The position numbers were made by a program, and so were the translations under genes. 64,000 nt of DNA, from the NCBI GenBank assembly GCA_004764695.1, contig SMSO01000031.1, forward strand, positions 2,270,436 to 2,334,435, in the 5' to 3' direction. Of this stretch, positions 8,201-18,621 are shown piece by piece (the stretch's first letter is position 1; every line of letters begins with the position of its first letter). This DNA comes from Schizochytrium sp. TIO01. Lineage: Eukaryota; Protista; Bigyra: Labyrinthulomycetes. The notes under the pieces are model-generated. The model ran no database searches, had not been told where the DNA came from, and worked only from the letters and a program-made list of their open reading frames with translations.

Positions 8201-10894
8201 AAGTTCTTGCTCATCTAAAGGGGCATTGCATGGAACAAGCAGTGACGATGCATCAAATACAGGTATTTGTTGATTATTCACCCAAAATTCCAAGAGTTCA
8301 ATTTGTTCGCTATGATGTGTTCGCGCATCCTGCTCCAATATCTCCTGCTTTGCCATACGTCGAGTCTTACGCCGCGCAGGTGGGTCTGGTGGATCTTGGT
8401 CAGCATTGTAGCCACCTAGCTTGACTTCAGTCACCACATTTGTATTAACAGGATGATGTGACTTTGTAGGATCATCCCAAATCCAACGAAACCCTTGTGG
8501 TGGTGGAAAGTTAACTTTCACATGCTGAGGACCAAGGGCACTAAGACGCTTCCGAGCCTCGGCTACTAAAGGGTTATTCGTATCGAGGAAGCGGTTCGGG
8601 TTTTGCATACCAGAAGACTTTGTCTCTACTAATTTAACCAACAAGGGCTCCTTTGCATCACCTGCTAAAATCACAGAAAGCGCTGTTGGTGAGGCTTTGG
8701 TGGGCGAAAGAACGAATTGCCTGCCAAACAGCTGTAAGAACGCTGTTCGCGCTTCTAAAGGGGTAGGGCTTCGTCCATGCGGCGAAGAGGTAGCTTTTGC
8801 TCGTTGCAAACTGCCATCTGTAATGGAGTGAATGCTTTCAATATGTTGATCTTCGTCGAGTCCAGATGTCACTCCATAAGGTCCATCTCGCCAGCTAGCC
8901 GGGGCATGTTGCATCGTGTTCAACCACAATGCATTTTGTACATCTTGAAGAATCCCTGAAAGTAGATTCTCGTGTGGAGTCAATTTGAGTGTTTCTGTCA
9001 CAGTTCCTTGAAGAATAACCATATCTTTAGCAGCATCATCAAGGTTTTTGCTTTCTGGCATTTTATCTGAGTTGGCTCCAAGGAACTGCTGGATACGGAA
9101 AAGTTCGGCATCATCTTCTTGGCCTGCAAGTTGCTTGCGTACAGACCTTACGTTTAAATATCCAGAAATTCGATCAACAAGCATACCCAATGACCGGATG
9201 CTGTGCTGCAAAGTGTTATTTGGTGGCGAAGGCATAGCGGCTTGCAAGAAGAGCAATAAGTTTGCACTGAACCGAGCATCCATACTTGCTTTCATGGTCT
9301 CCATTTCCGCAACAGATGCAGGATGAACCATTCCTAGCATTGACTGAGTTACCTTGGGCTGAGGTATCTCCTTAACCTTCTCGGCCCAGGTTGGCTCCTG
9401 AAGGCAGGTTAGATAGCGACGAAACATATCTCGATCAGCAGCGTTGGCGACAGGAAACGGCCCCATAGATGCACATCGTAATGCATTGCGTAGTTGTACG
9501 CAAGCATCTTCATCATCCTCGATCACCAAGGTTTTTTCTCGTACTTGTTGCATAAACCCTCGCCATGGCCACAAAACAGTACGCACGTCTTCGTGAGCCT
9601 GCAGTGCCAAGGCTGTCTTTTGTACTCGATCAGAAAGCACTTCTGTCAATCGAAAGGATGAGTCAATATATGAGACTAAGCTGAGCCCAAGCAGATCCGG
9701 AAGAGAAAAGATGGCCTTCCTACGTGCAGGTGGGAAGTACGGGCAAACATCTCGCCATGCAATGGCAAAGAGACGCCAAAGAAGAAGGTGAGTTGCAGAT
9801 GCCCCTAGCTGGCCTATGCTTTGTGTCTGCAATAGTTGTTGGATAGCAAAGTTGATTTGTCGAGGCGTTGAGAAGCTTGCACCTCGAAGAATAGACTTAT
9901 GCAGCAGCGAGAGTGGAAGGTCAACCTCTAGCATTGTTTGTGATGGCGGGGGCAAAAAATTCTCTCCAATACTTTTGGACACTGTGCTCTTCGAAGATGT
10001 AAGAACGCCCTCGACCTTGAGATTAGCATTGGCATCCACTTCAGCCTCACTACGTTCTTCTACGAGAATGGGTTCCTCGTTAAGAATGTTTGAGGTTCCG
10101 TCTTGAAGAAGTTGCTCCGTGACGGCAATGACAATTGAGTGGTCCTCTTTTTTGTCTCCACTAAGATTTCCGTCGCGCCCTGACAGAACCTGAAAAACAT
10201 GTGTACTGCTGTCCAGATCCTGGAAATGAGCTTCTGTGAATGGCAATATAGTTGTATGCGGGTACGTATGTCGCACTTTGACAATCACACTTGGTGTAAG
10301 ACCACGAGCTTCAATGGTGCGGGCAAGATCTTCCTTTGTCTCCCAGATATTGTGCGATCTTGCGAGGTTCTCATACTTCAGCAACTTGCGAAGCTCTCGC
10401 GGGTATTCTTCTCCAAGCTCCTGCAATGCCTGGTCCAGTGCTGCTCCATCACAGAACTCACGACCCATCCAATTAATTGGAAGAATAGGCGTGAGATCTC
10501 CATTGCGTTCCCGTCGCGCGCCACATGCTTCGACTACAAATGCGTATCCAAAGAGATCTCCAGGTCTGGTCTTTGCCCGAATTCTCGCATCGTCCGAGAG
10601 CTCTTCAGGGTCTGCATCAAGGAGGTTTGGAGGTACCTTGAGACCTTTTTCTGCATCCACCCATGCTCTCAAAAACGCTGCAACTGTGCTCGGATCTTGG
10701 TGCCCCACTACATTCGCTATGGACTGTGCATCTGATCCAGATTCGTGCATCCGAAGAGCGCGTTCCATGTCCACAGTGGTCGGCACATCCCAGCATGACT
10801 GCCGCAGCCGAATCGCCGGCAGGAAAGCTGCTCCAGGGAGTTTGACTGACAATACGGTGCCTTTAGCTAGCAGGGCGCTGCGAAGGGCTTTCAT
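5165..10894 (-). CDS. Large SNF2/SF2-like helicase fused to C-terminal HhH-GPD (AlkA/Mag1-like 3-methyladenine) DNA glycosylase
   Basis: One uninterrupted ORF, open to 11092; first ATG at 10894; possible splice acceptor at 11034-11035. Helicase motifs: LWSHQ, ASTVGAGKT, LVLLPTNSLISEW, IIDEAV, LSAT, GSHGLNLQ, QMKGRIDRPGQ. Glycosylase motifs: SIIYQQIS, GLSARKAEY, VKGIGPWS (HhH), DVLPYGD, WRPYRS. Confidence 0.9.
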   Translation of the reverse strand: MKALRSALLAKGTVLSVKLPGAAFLPAIRLRQSCWDVPTTVDMERALRMHESGSDAQSIANVVGHQDPSTVAAFLRAWVDAEKGLKVPPNLLDADPEELSDDARIRAKTRPGDLFGYAFVVEACGARRERNGDLTPILPINWMGREFCDGAALDQALQELGEEYPRELRKLLKYENLARSHNIWETKEDLARTIEARGLTPSVIVKVRHTYPHTTILPFTEAHFQDLDSSTHVFQVLSGRDGNLSGDKKEDHSIVIAVTEQLLQDGTSNILNEEPILVEERSEAEVDANANLKVEGVLTSSKSTVSKSIGENFLPPPSQTMLEVDLPLSLLHKSILRGASFSTPRQINFAIQQLLQTQSIGQLGASATHLLLWRLFAIAWRDVCPYFPPARRKAIFSLPDLLGLSLVSYIDSSFRLTEVLSDRVQKTALALQAHEDVRTVLWPWRGFMQQVREKTLVIEDDEDACVQLRNALRCASMGPFPVANAADRDMFRRYLTCLQEPTWAEKVKEIPQPKVTQSMLGMVHPASVAEMETMKASMDARFSANLLLFLQAAMPSPPNNTLQHSIRSLGMLVDRISGYLNVRSVRKQLAGQEDDAELFRIQQFLGANSDKMPESKNLDDAAKDMVILQGTVTETLKLTPHENLLSGILQDVQNALWLNTMQHAPASWRDGPYGVTSGLDEDQHIESIHSITDGSLQRAKATSSPHGRSPTPLEARTAFLQLFGRQFVLSPTKASPTALSVILAGDAKEPLLVKLVETKSSGMQNPNRFLDTNNPLVAEARKRLSALGPQHVKVNFPPPQGFRWIWDDPTKSHHPVNTNVVTEVKLGGYNADQDPPDPPARRKTRRMAKQEILEQDARTHHSEQIELLEFWVNNQQIPVFDASSLLVPCNAPLDEQELYGELRQLVEEAFYISSECSTTPSASLKIKKAKAGKTPTTSYMDLFRRLEDAARCGRHGNVDAVYNWSSILEATPITPHVFRDLLLKIMMMEGNSFSLSASAGVNSQHWQQDFTNEGTALRVMFGLAALYPGCIERVKEHQFQTFTRFRILSKSNLQYVDFIESLRKLAFPVEEEDADGMKQQLASQIEVTTKLWSHQQETVDKVTEGIQDGMLGFADASTVGAGKTLSALACIASAQKIISSRGETLRGSLVLLPTNSLISEWTTQIMLHTKGVHVLAQDKSGFLKTLGISNAGEPARRIARGRHIKVDADSIVLTTLGRARDHPFSTLGWDLVIIDEAVSVQSQTALQSFAAWRQVLASRCGVMMLSATMYRSRMSDLFVLIRMLRSPLPRIQPYLATLLSEHAIVALPENPRKWHMEFRPVYLDDDAKQRYRALVEQSFHGHGVSDARSLYKDLKTFLRHNYEQTLAVNAIASEVETFRKSKRRPLVFAANENEKKLLLKAIPNSETLPGSGDAKNVLIVTVREGSHGLNLQEYADAVVTRPQPGDIMEQMKGRIDRPGQKVKNLLLTVVVAHDTIEEAEAANIRICGSFFRQYLDPLSRTFQERAMSSMESIFDTERTTAKTKKGSSKPQAPAQRYKTRYGGALANDFRSHLETFIDNEEYLSSASISITGGTSTDISLKPPSTTRRTTARKRKHDVLEEENEVATSSDEDKQDANYMPASNLKTAEEIPPAKRRKSVSQGETASKRKTLAEKNEAKSVVKGPLKPKRKKRPSETEFLGQGPPQKISDELMAQALAHFAKNDPKMANVVNQVGAPTKLMEKVGVADPFMALTRSIIYQQISTKAGASIFKRFDALLENDITPTRIMKTSIEDLRSAGLSARKAEYVKSLSEHFQTQDLSRKRLDSMSDDEVFNSLIKVKGIGPWSIHMFLLFSLGRPDVLPYGDLVVRKGFKRLYNLSNGEEVEDTKVVRLPDEYELLELSTAWRPYRSIGTWLMWHAVESESAAYTF

Positions 10895-12344
10895 TGCAGC
10901 TTCTTTGCCAAGTATTGCGGTTGGTGTCTCAAATATCCTCGTATTGAGTTGAGAAATTAGTTGTTGAACATCTTGAAGAGTTGCGGTGATGAACTCGTCG
11001 CACCGAGTTGGACCTGTGGCGGAACCATAGGAACTGAAGCGAACAAGGATTTTTTTTAATAATTTTAATTTTAAAAAATCATTTGAGATCAAGTTCTATT
11101 TATTCTCATAAATCAAAGTTTCGAGTTATGTGGGACTGCATAGAATTAACGTTTCTTTTGTCTAGGCGTGTGGTCAGCATACCAAGTTCGAGTCCTGAGG
11201 TAACTGTAATCAAACCGGATAACACTTACAGTGTACGCGGAGTCTTTGATTGTTACAAACATTGCGAGGTGGATGTACTTGATCACATGAAAGAAATGTA
11301 AATACGGCACGACATGTAAAACTCCGAACCTTTAAAATCAAAGCAAATAACAACTAGTATTTTACTTTGAAATAGTCATAGATTTTTGCTGTAAAGAAAT
11401 AAAGTAGAAGAAACAAACAATACTCCCTAGATTACTGTATAGAGAATTTCTTAGATAATCATGTTGGTTTGAGCGACTGCTCAAGGCAGTACAACATCGT
11501 TAATCTTGTGAGATGCGGTAGAACTTCTAGGTCAAGATTTGGTTACTTACAATACTTCCGGGATACCTGTAGAGACGCCTCACGCTTCAATTCGGCACTC
11601 AATGTTTATACAACTTTGCTTGATATTTATTTTTTAAAATTATGCTCATTGCAGAAAGTTTATCCTTTATTGTTTGAATATACGGGAAGGTTCAACTCAA
11701 GATAGACAAGGGTGTGGTACTGCAAGTTGCATAAAATAAAATCCACATTTATTTGTAAAAGCCTAATTAAGCAGATAAAAGTATTTTAATGTCATGATGC
11801 GGAATCTATATTCATACTGCCGAGGCAAAAAGGGGTGCGGCGATAAACTATTTAAAAGTGTCTTGCTCCTTCTTCGTAGATGAATTGGGAGTGAGCATAG
11901 TAGAGAAACAAACAAAAAAAGCGTACAAAGACATGCGCGTGGAGGTTGCCCAGAATCTACACTTATCGAGAGAACAAAGTGAGAAAAATGAGGTTTGATT
12001 GGAGAGGCAGGTTGAAAAGGAGGAGGAAATTGCTGTTGGGTATCGAGGTGTCGCTTTCAGACATGAAGATTGTAAATCCCTACGTGCAAACCATCATTCA
12101 GGTGATATATGAAAATGAAGAGGAGTCGTTCCATGCATTCTTTTGACAAGGCGAGGAGAGACAACTATATCGCACGCAAAAGTAATATCATAATTCACAT
12201 CTCATCGCTGGCATCAATTGAAGAAAACAGTGTCGGTGTTGTCTTCCCGATTTTCCACATGTCTTGCCTCACTGTCTGTGGCAATTGTGTTTACTTGCAG
12301 GAGATTATCTGCAATGCCAGGGCGCAGTAAGGATGCGTGAAAGC

Positions 12345-13757
12345 TCAAAGCATTTCTTCAAGTCGGGCAATAACTTCCTCAAGACAAGGGCGATGATTGG
12401 GCTCTAGCTCTACACAGTCAGATGCTAGCTCTAAAAGTGGAGCTGGGCAGCATTCTTCCACAGACTGCGTGCGCGTACGGAGGCCCGATTTTCTACGAAA
12501 CAGGGAGCGGCGCTTTCCTGCACCCTCCGAGTCTCGCTTCTTAGTCGCCGTGGAGGCACCCGTGGCACCCCCGCCGCCTCTAGATGGCGCATTTGAGCTT
12601 TCTGCGCTTTCTGACGATAACCTCTTTGTGTTGTTTGTGCAGCCCTGATCATCTTCAGTCTCAAACTCCAGCATACTACGGTTTGCCGGATTACGGATCT
12701 CTTCGACTACAACCAGCGCATTCGATTCAATAGTCATCTCCCGGACTGAGAACATGTCAATAGCTAAGGTATGTGGATTGCGAGGAATATCGCGGGCTTT
12801 TCGACGTGTGACGATTTCAAGCATGAGAACTCCAAATGTGAAAATTTCAGATTCAATTGTGTAGCCATCGCGAAATTTCGGGTTCATGAGCTCTGGTGCC
12901 ATAAGCCAAGGTGTACCAACAACCGTCATTGGCTTTTTCATGGTGCCTACATTTTCAGACAATGAGTGAAAGAAGCGTGAGAGACCGAAGTCTGCGAGCA
13001 CCAAGGTGTACTGACTGAAAAGCGCATCTGGAGGTTCATCATTAATTCGCAACAAACAGTTGTCTGCTTTTAAGTCTCTGTGGACAACATTGTGGTTGTG
13101 TAAGTGTTGCAATCCGCACGCAGCCTGATATATCCAGCGGATTCGTGTTTCCCAGGGGATGGGGAGGTCCTTTTCATCCAGAAGTTTGTTGAGTGACCCA
13201 CCTTCACAATATTCGGTAACAAGGTAGAGTTTATAACCCACATTGGTTCTTGTAAGACTATGGACAGTAGAGTTTTCGTGTTCTAGTTCCCCACTGTCAT
13301 ATGGTGCATCATCTGCAAAAGTAGACTCCCCACTCTCGCCGAACCCAGCGTCCTCAGTTGTCACTGATGAGGTGTCTGAATAGTCTTCCCCACTACTGCT
13401 TATTTGACCACGAATAGTTTTGAGCCATCTGGTTGTTCTACTCTTGCGAGGGCTTGGAAGCGAGAGTGCATCGTTAGAAACCGAAGCATCGTACTCAAGA
13501 ACAAAAATCGCCCGCAACCGGAGTAAGTATGGATGTCGCACTTTGCGAAGGACACTTGCCTCTTTAAGAAAGTCGAGCTTGTTCTTCACAGTCCTTCCAG
13601 AGACTTCTTTAATAGCTAGAACTTCCCCAGTGGACTTATTATGGCCCACGTAAACCTTGCCAAAGACGCCAGCTCCGATCATCTCACCAAATTCAATGTC
13701 CGCGAGGGATCTAGGAGCTCTGGATTGCCTCCGGCTTGTCACAGTTTGAGCCATCAT
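12345..13757 (-). CDS. Protein kinase, TKL group (LIMK/TESK-like)
   Basis: Motifs GAGVFGKV, AIK, FLKE (alphaC), HRDLKADNCL, LADFGLSR, TVVGTPWLMAPE and C-terminal CxxxxPxxRP. First ATG at 13757. Confidence 0.9.
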   Translation of the reverse strand: MMAQTVTSRRQSRAPRSLADIEFGEMIGAGVFGKVYVGHNKSTGEVLAIKEVSGRTVKNKLDFLKEASVLRKVRHPYLLRLRAIFVLEYDASVSNDALSLPSPRKSRTTRWLKTIRGQISSSGEDYSDTSSVTTEDAGFGESGESTFADDAPYDSGELEHENSTVHSLTRTNVGYKLYLVTEYCEGGSLNKLLDEKDLPIPWETRIRWIYQAACGLQHLHNHNVVHRDLKADNCLLRINDEPPDALFSQYTLVLADFGLSRFFHSLSENVGTMKKPMTVVGTPWLMAPELMNPKFRDGYTIESEIFTFGVLMLEIVTRRKARDIPRNPHTLAIDMFSVREMTIESNALVVVEEIRNPANRSMLEFETEDDQGCTNNTKRLSSESAESSNAPSRGGGGATGASTATKKRDSEGAGKRRSLFRRKSGLRTRTQSVEECCPAPLLELASDCVELEPNHRPCLEEVIARLEEML

Positions 13758-16700
13758 GATGTGCAAATTGATTCCTAGAAAGCTTTCCTTGTGGCTATTA
13801 ATGGCAAGAAGCGCTTGTGTTCAGCTTCTGAGAGAAAAGGAGAGAATTAGTAATGATCACAAGTATCTAAGAGATCACGCCAGCACAAATTGAATGATTC
13901 TTTGAATCCTATTGCGTCCTGATGCTTTTCGCGTAAGACTAAGCTTTCGACAAGTTTTACCCCTCAAAAAGCATACAGCACTTGCTTCTGTTGATATCTT
14001 ATTGTCTTACACAGTACGTGGCAGGGCCACGCACGTTCTTTCTGTCGCAGCAAGTCTTCGTAAAGTAGTACCCTTTTTGCCTCGAGGGTCTTTCGGTGCT
14101 ATCACAAAACTTGCTCTCCTTGTTTACAACTAAAGCGCCCAGAGCACTCGATCTCCCGTATTTCTCCCTCGACTTATACGTTCACGTTTGAGACGTTCGA
14201 TCTTGCTGGAATTCCCCAAAGCCACGCTGCGATACCTTGTCGTTTCCCCGCCCTCCGCCGCCGCGCAGGAACAGTTTTGGCGCTCCCGAACCTCGCGAAG
14301 GCAGTCCAAGTCCGGCAATTGCGTTATGATTTGCATCCACATCAAAAAGTAAAAGAAAGAACACCTCTCAATAGCACATTCCTATCAGTCGCTAGCTGAT
14401 AAAAGAAGAAAACAGAAAGGGGAATGTGCCACTCCTACGAGTTTAAGTTAGCAAGCAATACGCCACCATCTGTCAGACAACATTTATTCATCATTGATTG
14501 ACTGATTGATTATGGGTTATATTGTTATTAGTTATAGAGAGCCGCGGCACGTGCGTGCACCTCTCTCTTATTGTTCTAGTTAGTACCTATGGTAGCTACT
14601 AATCGGTGTCCCTATTCTCTCCTAAAAAGGCAAACTTCTTGAATAATTTATTCATTTGCTGCCGCTTGCTGCCATCGCGAACCCGGCGATCTGTTAAGAG
14701 GTCTGGCGGTTGGACTCCCTCGCACGTGCCTCGATCTAGTCAGGGGGATATGAACTGCTCGGCCCCCCTCTCGCATGGCTTGAGGAGTGAGACGCTGGCG
14801 GCTGTAAAGGAAGGAAAAGAGAAATGAGAAATCGCAAAAGAGCAAGTGCTATTGTTTAGGTTAAATAGATTGTAGGAGTTGGGGTGTGAGGGAAAGAGAG
14901 ACGAAGAGAGTATAGGCGTATATCATGTCATACATATAAATTACTTTGCCTAGCTTTCGATTAAGCGATCACGAGCAAAGGGTCTACAAATTGCGATTAG
15001 CAAGGCTCTAACACGGAACCTTGCCGAAGACCTTGCTTTGGACCAATAGCAAGATTCGCTAGTACCTGCCAAGACACAGTGCCATGGATCGGAATCTTTG
15101 GTCAGCATCAGAAACCCTTTTATCGCAATTATTTATATTTTTTAATAGCTGAAAACTTTGAAGGAACAAATTACAAAATCAATCAAGATCAGAAGCCAAG
15201 GGATGATCAAAGCGCTGTTTACCTTCCCGACGGCAAATCAAAAAAGGTTAGAAAAGTCTTCTCAATAAGAGATACGTATATCCCAATCGCAATGCCATGC
15301 GACGGTGGGAGCTCTGAAAGCTGTGTTGAACCCACTTGAGCCTGAAGACACTTCTGCGCGTGGGAATGACGCGCAAAAAAGGAGCTCTCCGGGCAGGAAT
15401 CCAGAGGCCTAGAGTTCCTGCTATATGGTCTCGTACGCTCACGCAGGTTCGCCATCCAATATAAGAGGATATCCTCGCTTTTGGGGGTGTGCGCAGTGAG
15501 CGGCGGCAACTTCGCATTTGGCTCCGTGAGAGTTGATCGCTCTACAGCGTGAGCACTAAGAATTCATCAGCGAACGGGCTCAAATGGTAAGTCCAGCACG
15601 GAAGAGCGCGCTTCCCCCCTCTGTATCTATGGAGCTCCTTCAAGCTTGGACGTGGGTTTTCGTGTCTGGAGGGATACCAATTTACCTACCTAGGTCATCA
15701 AGCTGCTCGAAGTTTTGCTATTCGTGAGTCGGAAGTAGCACTTTCTTCTTTGTCGGAAGTACCGAATGACCTAGGTATGGCTACGGTTTTCTCACTCCTG
15801 CAGCATTACAGCCGCCGATGTGGTTGTGCTTCATTGGAGCTAGTTCGTAATTAGTTAGCACTGCTTCTATGAGTCTTTTGTTTGATCTCACTTTGGCACC
15901 CAGAAGCAACTTGAAGTGACAAAAGTACCCACCACGTCGCGCCATAGTGCTCGCGTCTCCACGGTGGTAGCGTATGCTCGTAGATCCTGTTGCGCACTGG
16001 TTGACATTTGCGTAGTAATTGTAGGTCAATGCATTTTAACATGCGATCATGATGCAATGGAGGCTAAAACCTGTTGCGAAACTCATCCGTGCTAGCAGGT
16101 CCTGGGCCAAGAGCAAGCTTTGAAGGTCAACTACCAATTTAAAACCTGAGTAGTCAACAGTACTATTTAATATGAAAAGTGTACAAAAATCATGGGTGTA
16201 TTCTGACACACGATATCTCCCCTAGATTGATTTTTCTTCCTTTGTAATCTCTTTCCTTGAGGTGCACGGGCCTTCAAGTTCTGTTGGCTAATTTCATAAT
16301 TGCGATCAGCAGCAAAAACATACAGAAGAATTTCAGATTATGATCATTTATACTTTCTTTTTCTTGAAACATGAGTAAAGATGCTGTTAGGTATTGCAAG
16401 GCTGATGGAAGAAGTTATGGATGTATGATTCTTTTTCACTCACAATAGTTTATTGATTCATCCCCACCCCCCCAACTATACTAACCTTTTGAATCCCTTG
16501 CGTGTGGCATTGTGTGCTTTTGTTGGCCATGCAAATCTCAAATGCCATTTTATAAGTTCTGACGATACTTCCCTGATTCTCGAAATGAACATCTCTCTCA
16601 ATAATTCTGTCCCTCCTTACTACGATGAGCAACGTGTTAATTTAGTAAGATGTCAGAATGTTTAGAGAAGTTTTGACTAAAGAATCTGATGACAGGGTGA

Positions 16701-17991
16701 TCTACAATCCAAAATAGCCGCAAAAGCATGATTTAGGAGTTTTGATGACGTAAAAAAAATCGCTAGTGAAAGTTCCGTGTTTGCAAGAAACTTGCATGAA
16801 TATTTCTCTGATCTTTTGCACGCTATCGCAACGATTTTATAATTAAATTTGTTCTCTATGGATGTCTCACCTGATCATGCACTCGGCGCTCTATCTAAAG
16901 ATTAAAGATTATGCTTATACTAGAGTCTATACCAGCTCAAGGCATCCCCCAGATAACAACCAAGTAGAATTCATTCTTGCGCGCTGCGCTGCTTCCAACT
17001 CAATAAGCTCGCGTATGGGTTTCTGTTTCTCACTTATAGTGAAGGTCAACTGTTGCCCAATAGCTATAGTGACATTCTTTCCGTTTCTTTGGAACAATAT
17101 CACTCTTCTGCCAGCGTTGCTGGAGTTCCGAGTTTCTTCGTGGGTGGGCATATTTCGATGAGGGGTTATAATTGTCGCCTGGTAGCAGCCCAGTTGACGA
17201 TTTTATTGGGCTTTGGGATTGCAGCATGGGACTTCTAAACCCATTCTGTCTCAGAGTGCTGGATGCAAAAGATGGAGTTCACAGGAAAAAATGGTGCGTA
17301 GCTTTACAGGTCTTTCAGGCATGTAATATAGCACACCCCTTCAGGAGACAGCGAGCTGTCTCTCGCACCGGATGAGCCAAAGTTAAAGCACGCGCGCTTT
17401 GTGAGCTGACCACAACGTGTCATTGGTAATCTCTGAAAAAAAAAACGCTGCATGATCGTCCGAGCCTCCATCAGATCGACCAGGCAAGCGGCCTGGTAGA
17501 GCAGCACTTCCACGTAGCTAAGAAGTATGTGAAACACCTACCGCGGTACCAAACTACTTCTTTTAATTAAACTTTAATTAGACCACCATATATTCATAGC
17601 AGATAAGTAAACAAACGTGAGCAGCCTTGAGCTTCCTCTTGCCAATTCTACGCAAGATGACCGTCAAGGTACCTGGGTGAACCGCGCATTCGAGGTGCAA
17701 AGCAAGGCGCACATTCTGTTGCAATGTCCGGAGTTTCCTGTTGTTTCTCATGCTTCCCCATGAAAAACAAAAAGAGAACCTAAAGAAAAAAATCATCAAA
17801 AAATATTCTTTACTTAGCTACTAGTACTACGAATATTACCACTAGTATTAGGTAGGTAGGTCGGTAGGTAGCCTTTCTACAGAAGTTATTTTAGAGATCA
17901 GTCTCTTGTGGAGGCGAGTGAAGGAAACACACCTCTTCCAGGCTGTTTGGCTGCCCGATCACTCGCTCACTGGCTGGCTGGCTAGCTAATT

Positions 17992-18032
17992 AACTGACTG
18001 ACTGACTGACTGACTGACTCACTCACTCACTC
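17992..18032. repeat. (ACTG)n/(ACTC)n microsatellite
   Basis: Direct reading of tandem tetramers upstream of the coiled-coil gene. Confidence 0.9.
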
Positions 18033-18621
18033 ACTGGCCGACCGCCAGCCAGACTGACCATCTGACCTGAGCATGAAACGCCCGAGAGTGTTTTTTACTA
18101 CTACTGAGAATACTAGTAAAAGGAAGTCGTTTTTGTTGTTCTCTGCAGAACCACTTCTATAGTTTGGCATAGCGGTTACAATAGGAGTTCCACTTAAAAG
18201 GGGAGGGCCTAGACTGTTACATTCTTGCACTCTGACCGCAAGAGACGGAATGCGTAAGACCGCCGACTGACTGAGCTTTGCCATAAACATCAGCTAGCCC
18301 TCAGCTCTGCGTGCAAACCTACTTCAAGGAGCATTGCTCTAAGAGTTTGTAAAGACGCATACAAAGCTGAGCATTACTGCATTTCTTGCTGCTGTACCAT
18401 CGAGCCCACGTCAATTCCAAAACTTTCGAAATCAGAGGTGGCGCTCTTGGTGAGCCCAGCCCAGTATCGAGACAGCGCCCAGGTTGGGGGTGGACCGGGT
18501 CTCAGAAGCTTCATTCGCTTCCACGTTTGTTGTGGCTGCGCGTGAATATCTTTTTTTGACATATACTCGAGGTTCCTGGCGCAAGTTGCAGGTCTCGTTT
18601 TTCCCCATATTGTACAGCACG

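Noticed and set aside
10895-11092. ORF-track N-terminal extension of the helicase-glycosylase (MISNDFLKLKLLKK...)
   Set aside because: Starts at a non-ATG codon in an AT-rich tract ending in a CTTCAG acceptor, so 11034-11092 is probably intron. Whether 10895-11033 is coding depends on an unresolved upstream exon.
16927-17227. Short overlapping minus-strand ORFs with protein-like stretches
   Set aside because: Under 75 aa, no motif and no support for joining them.
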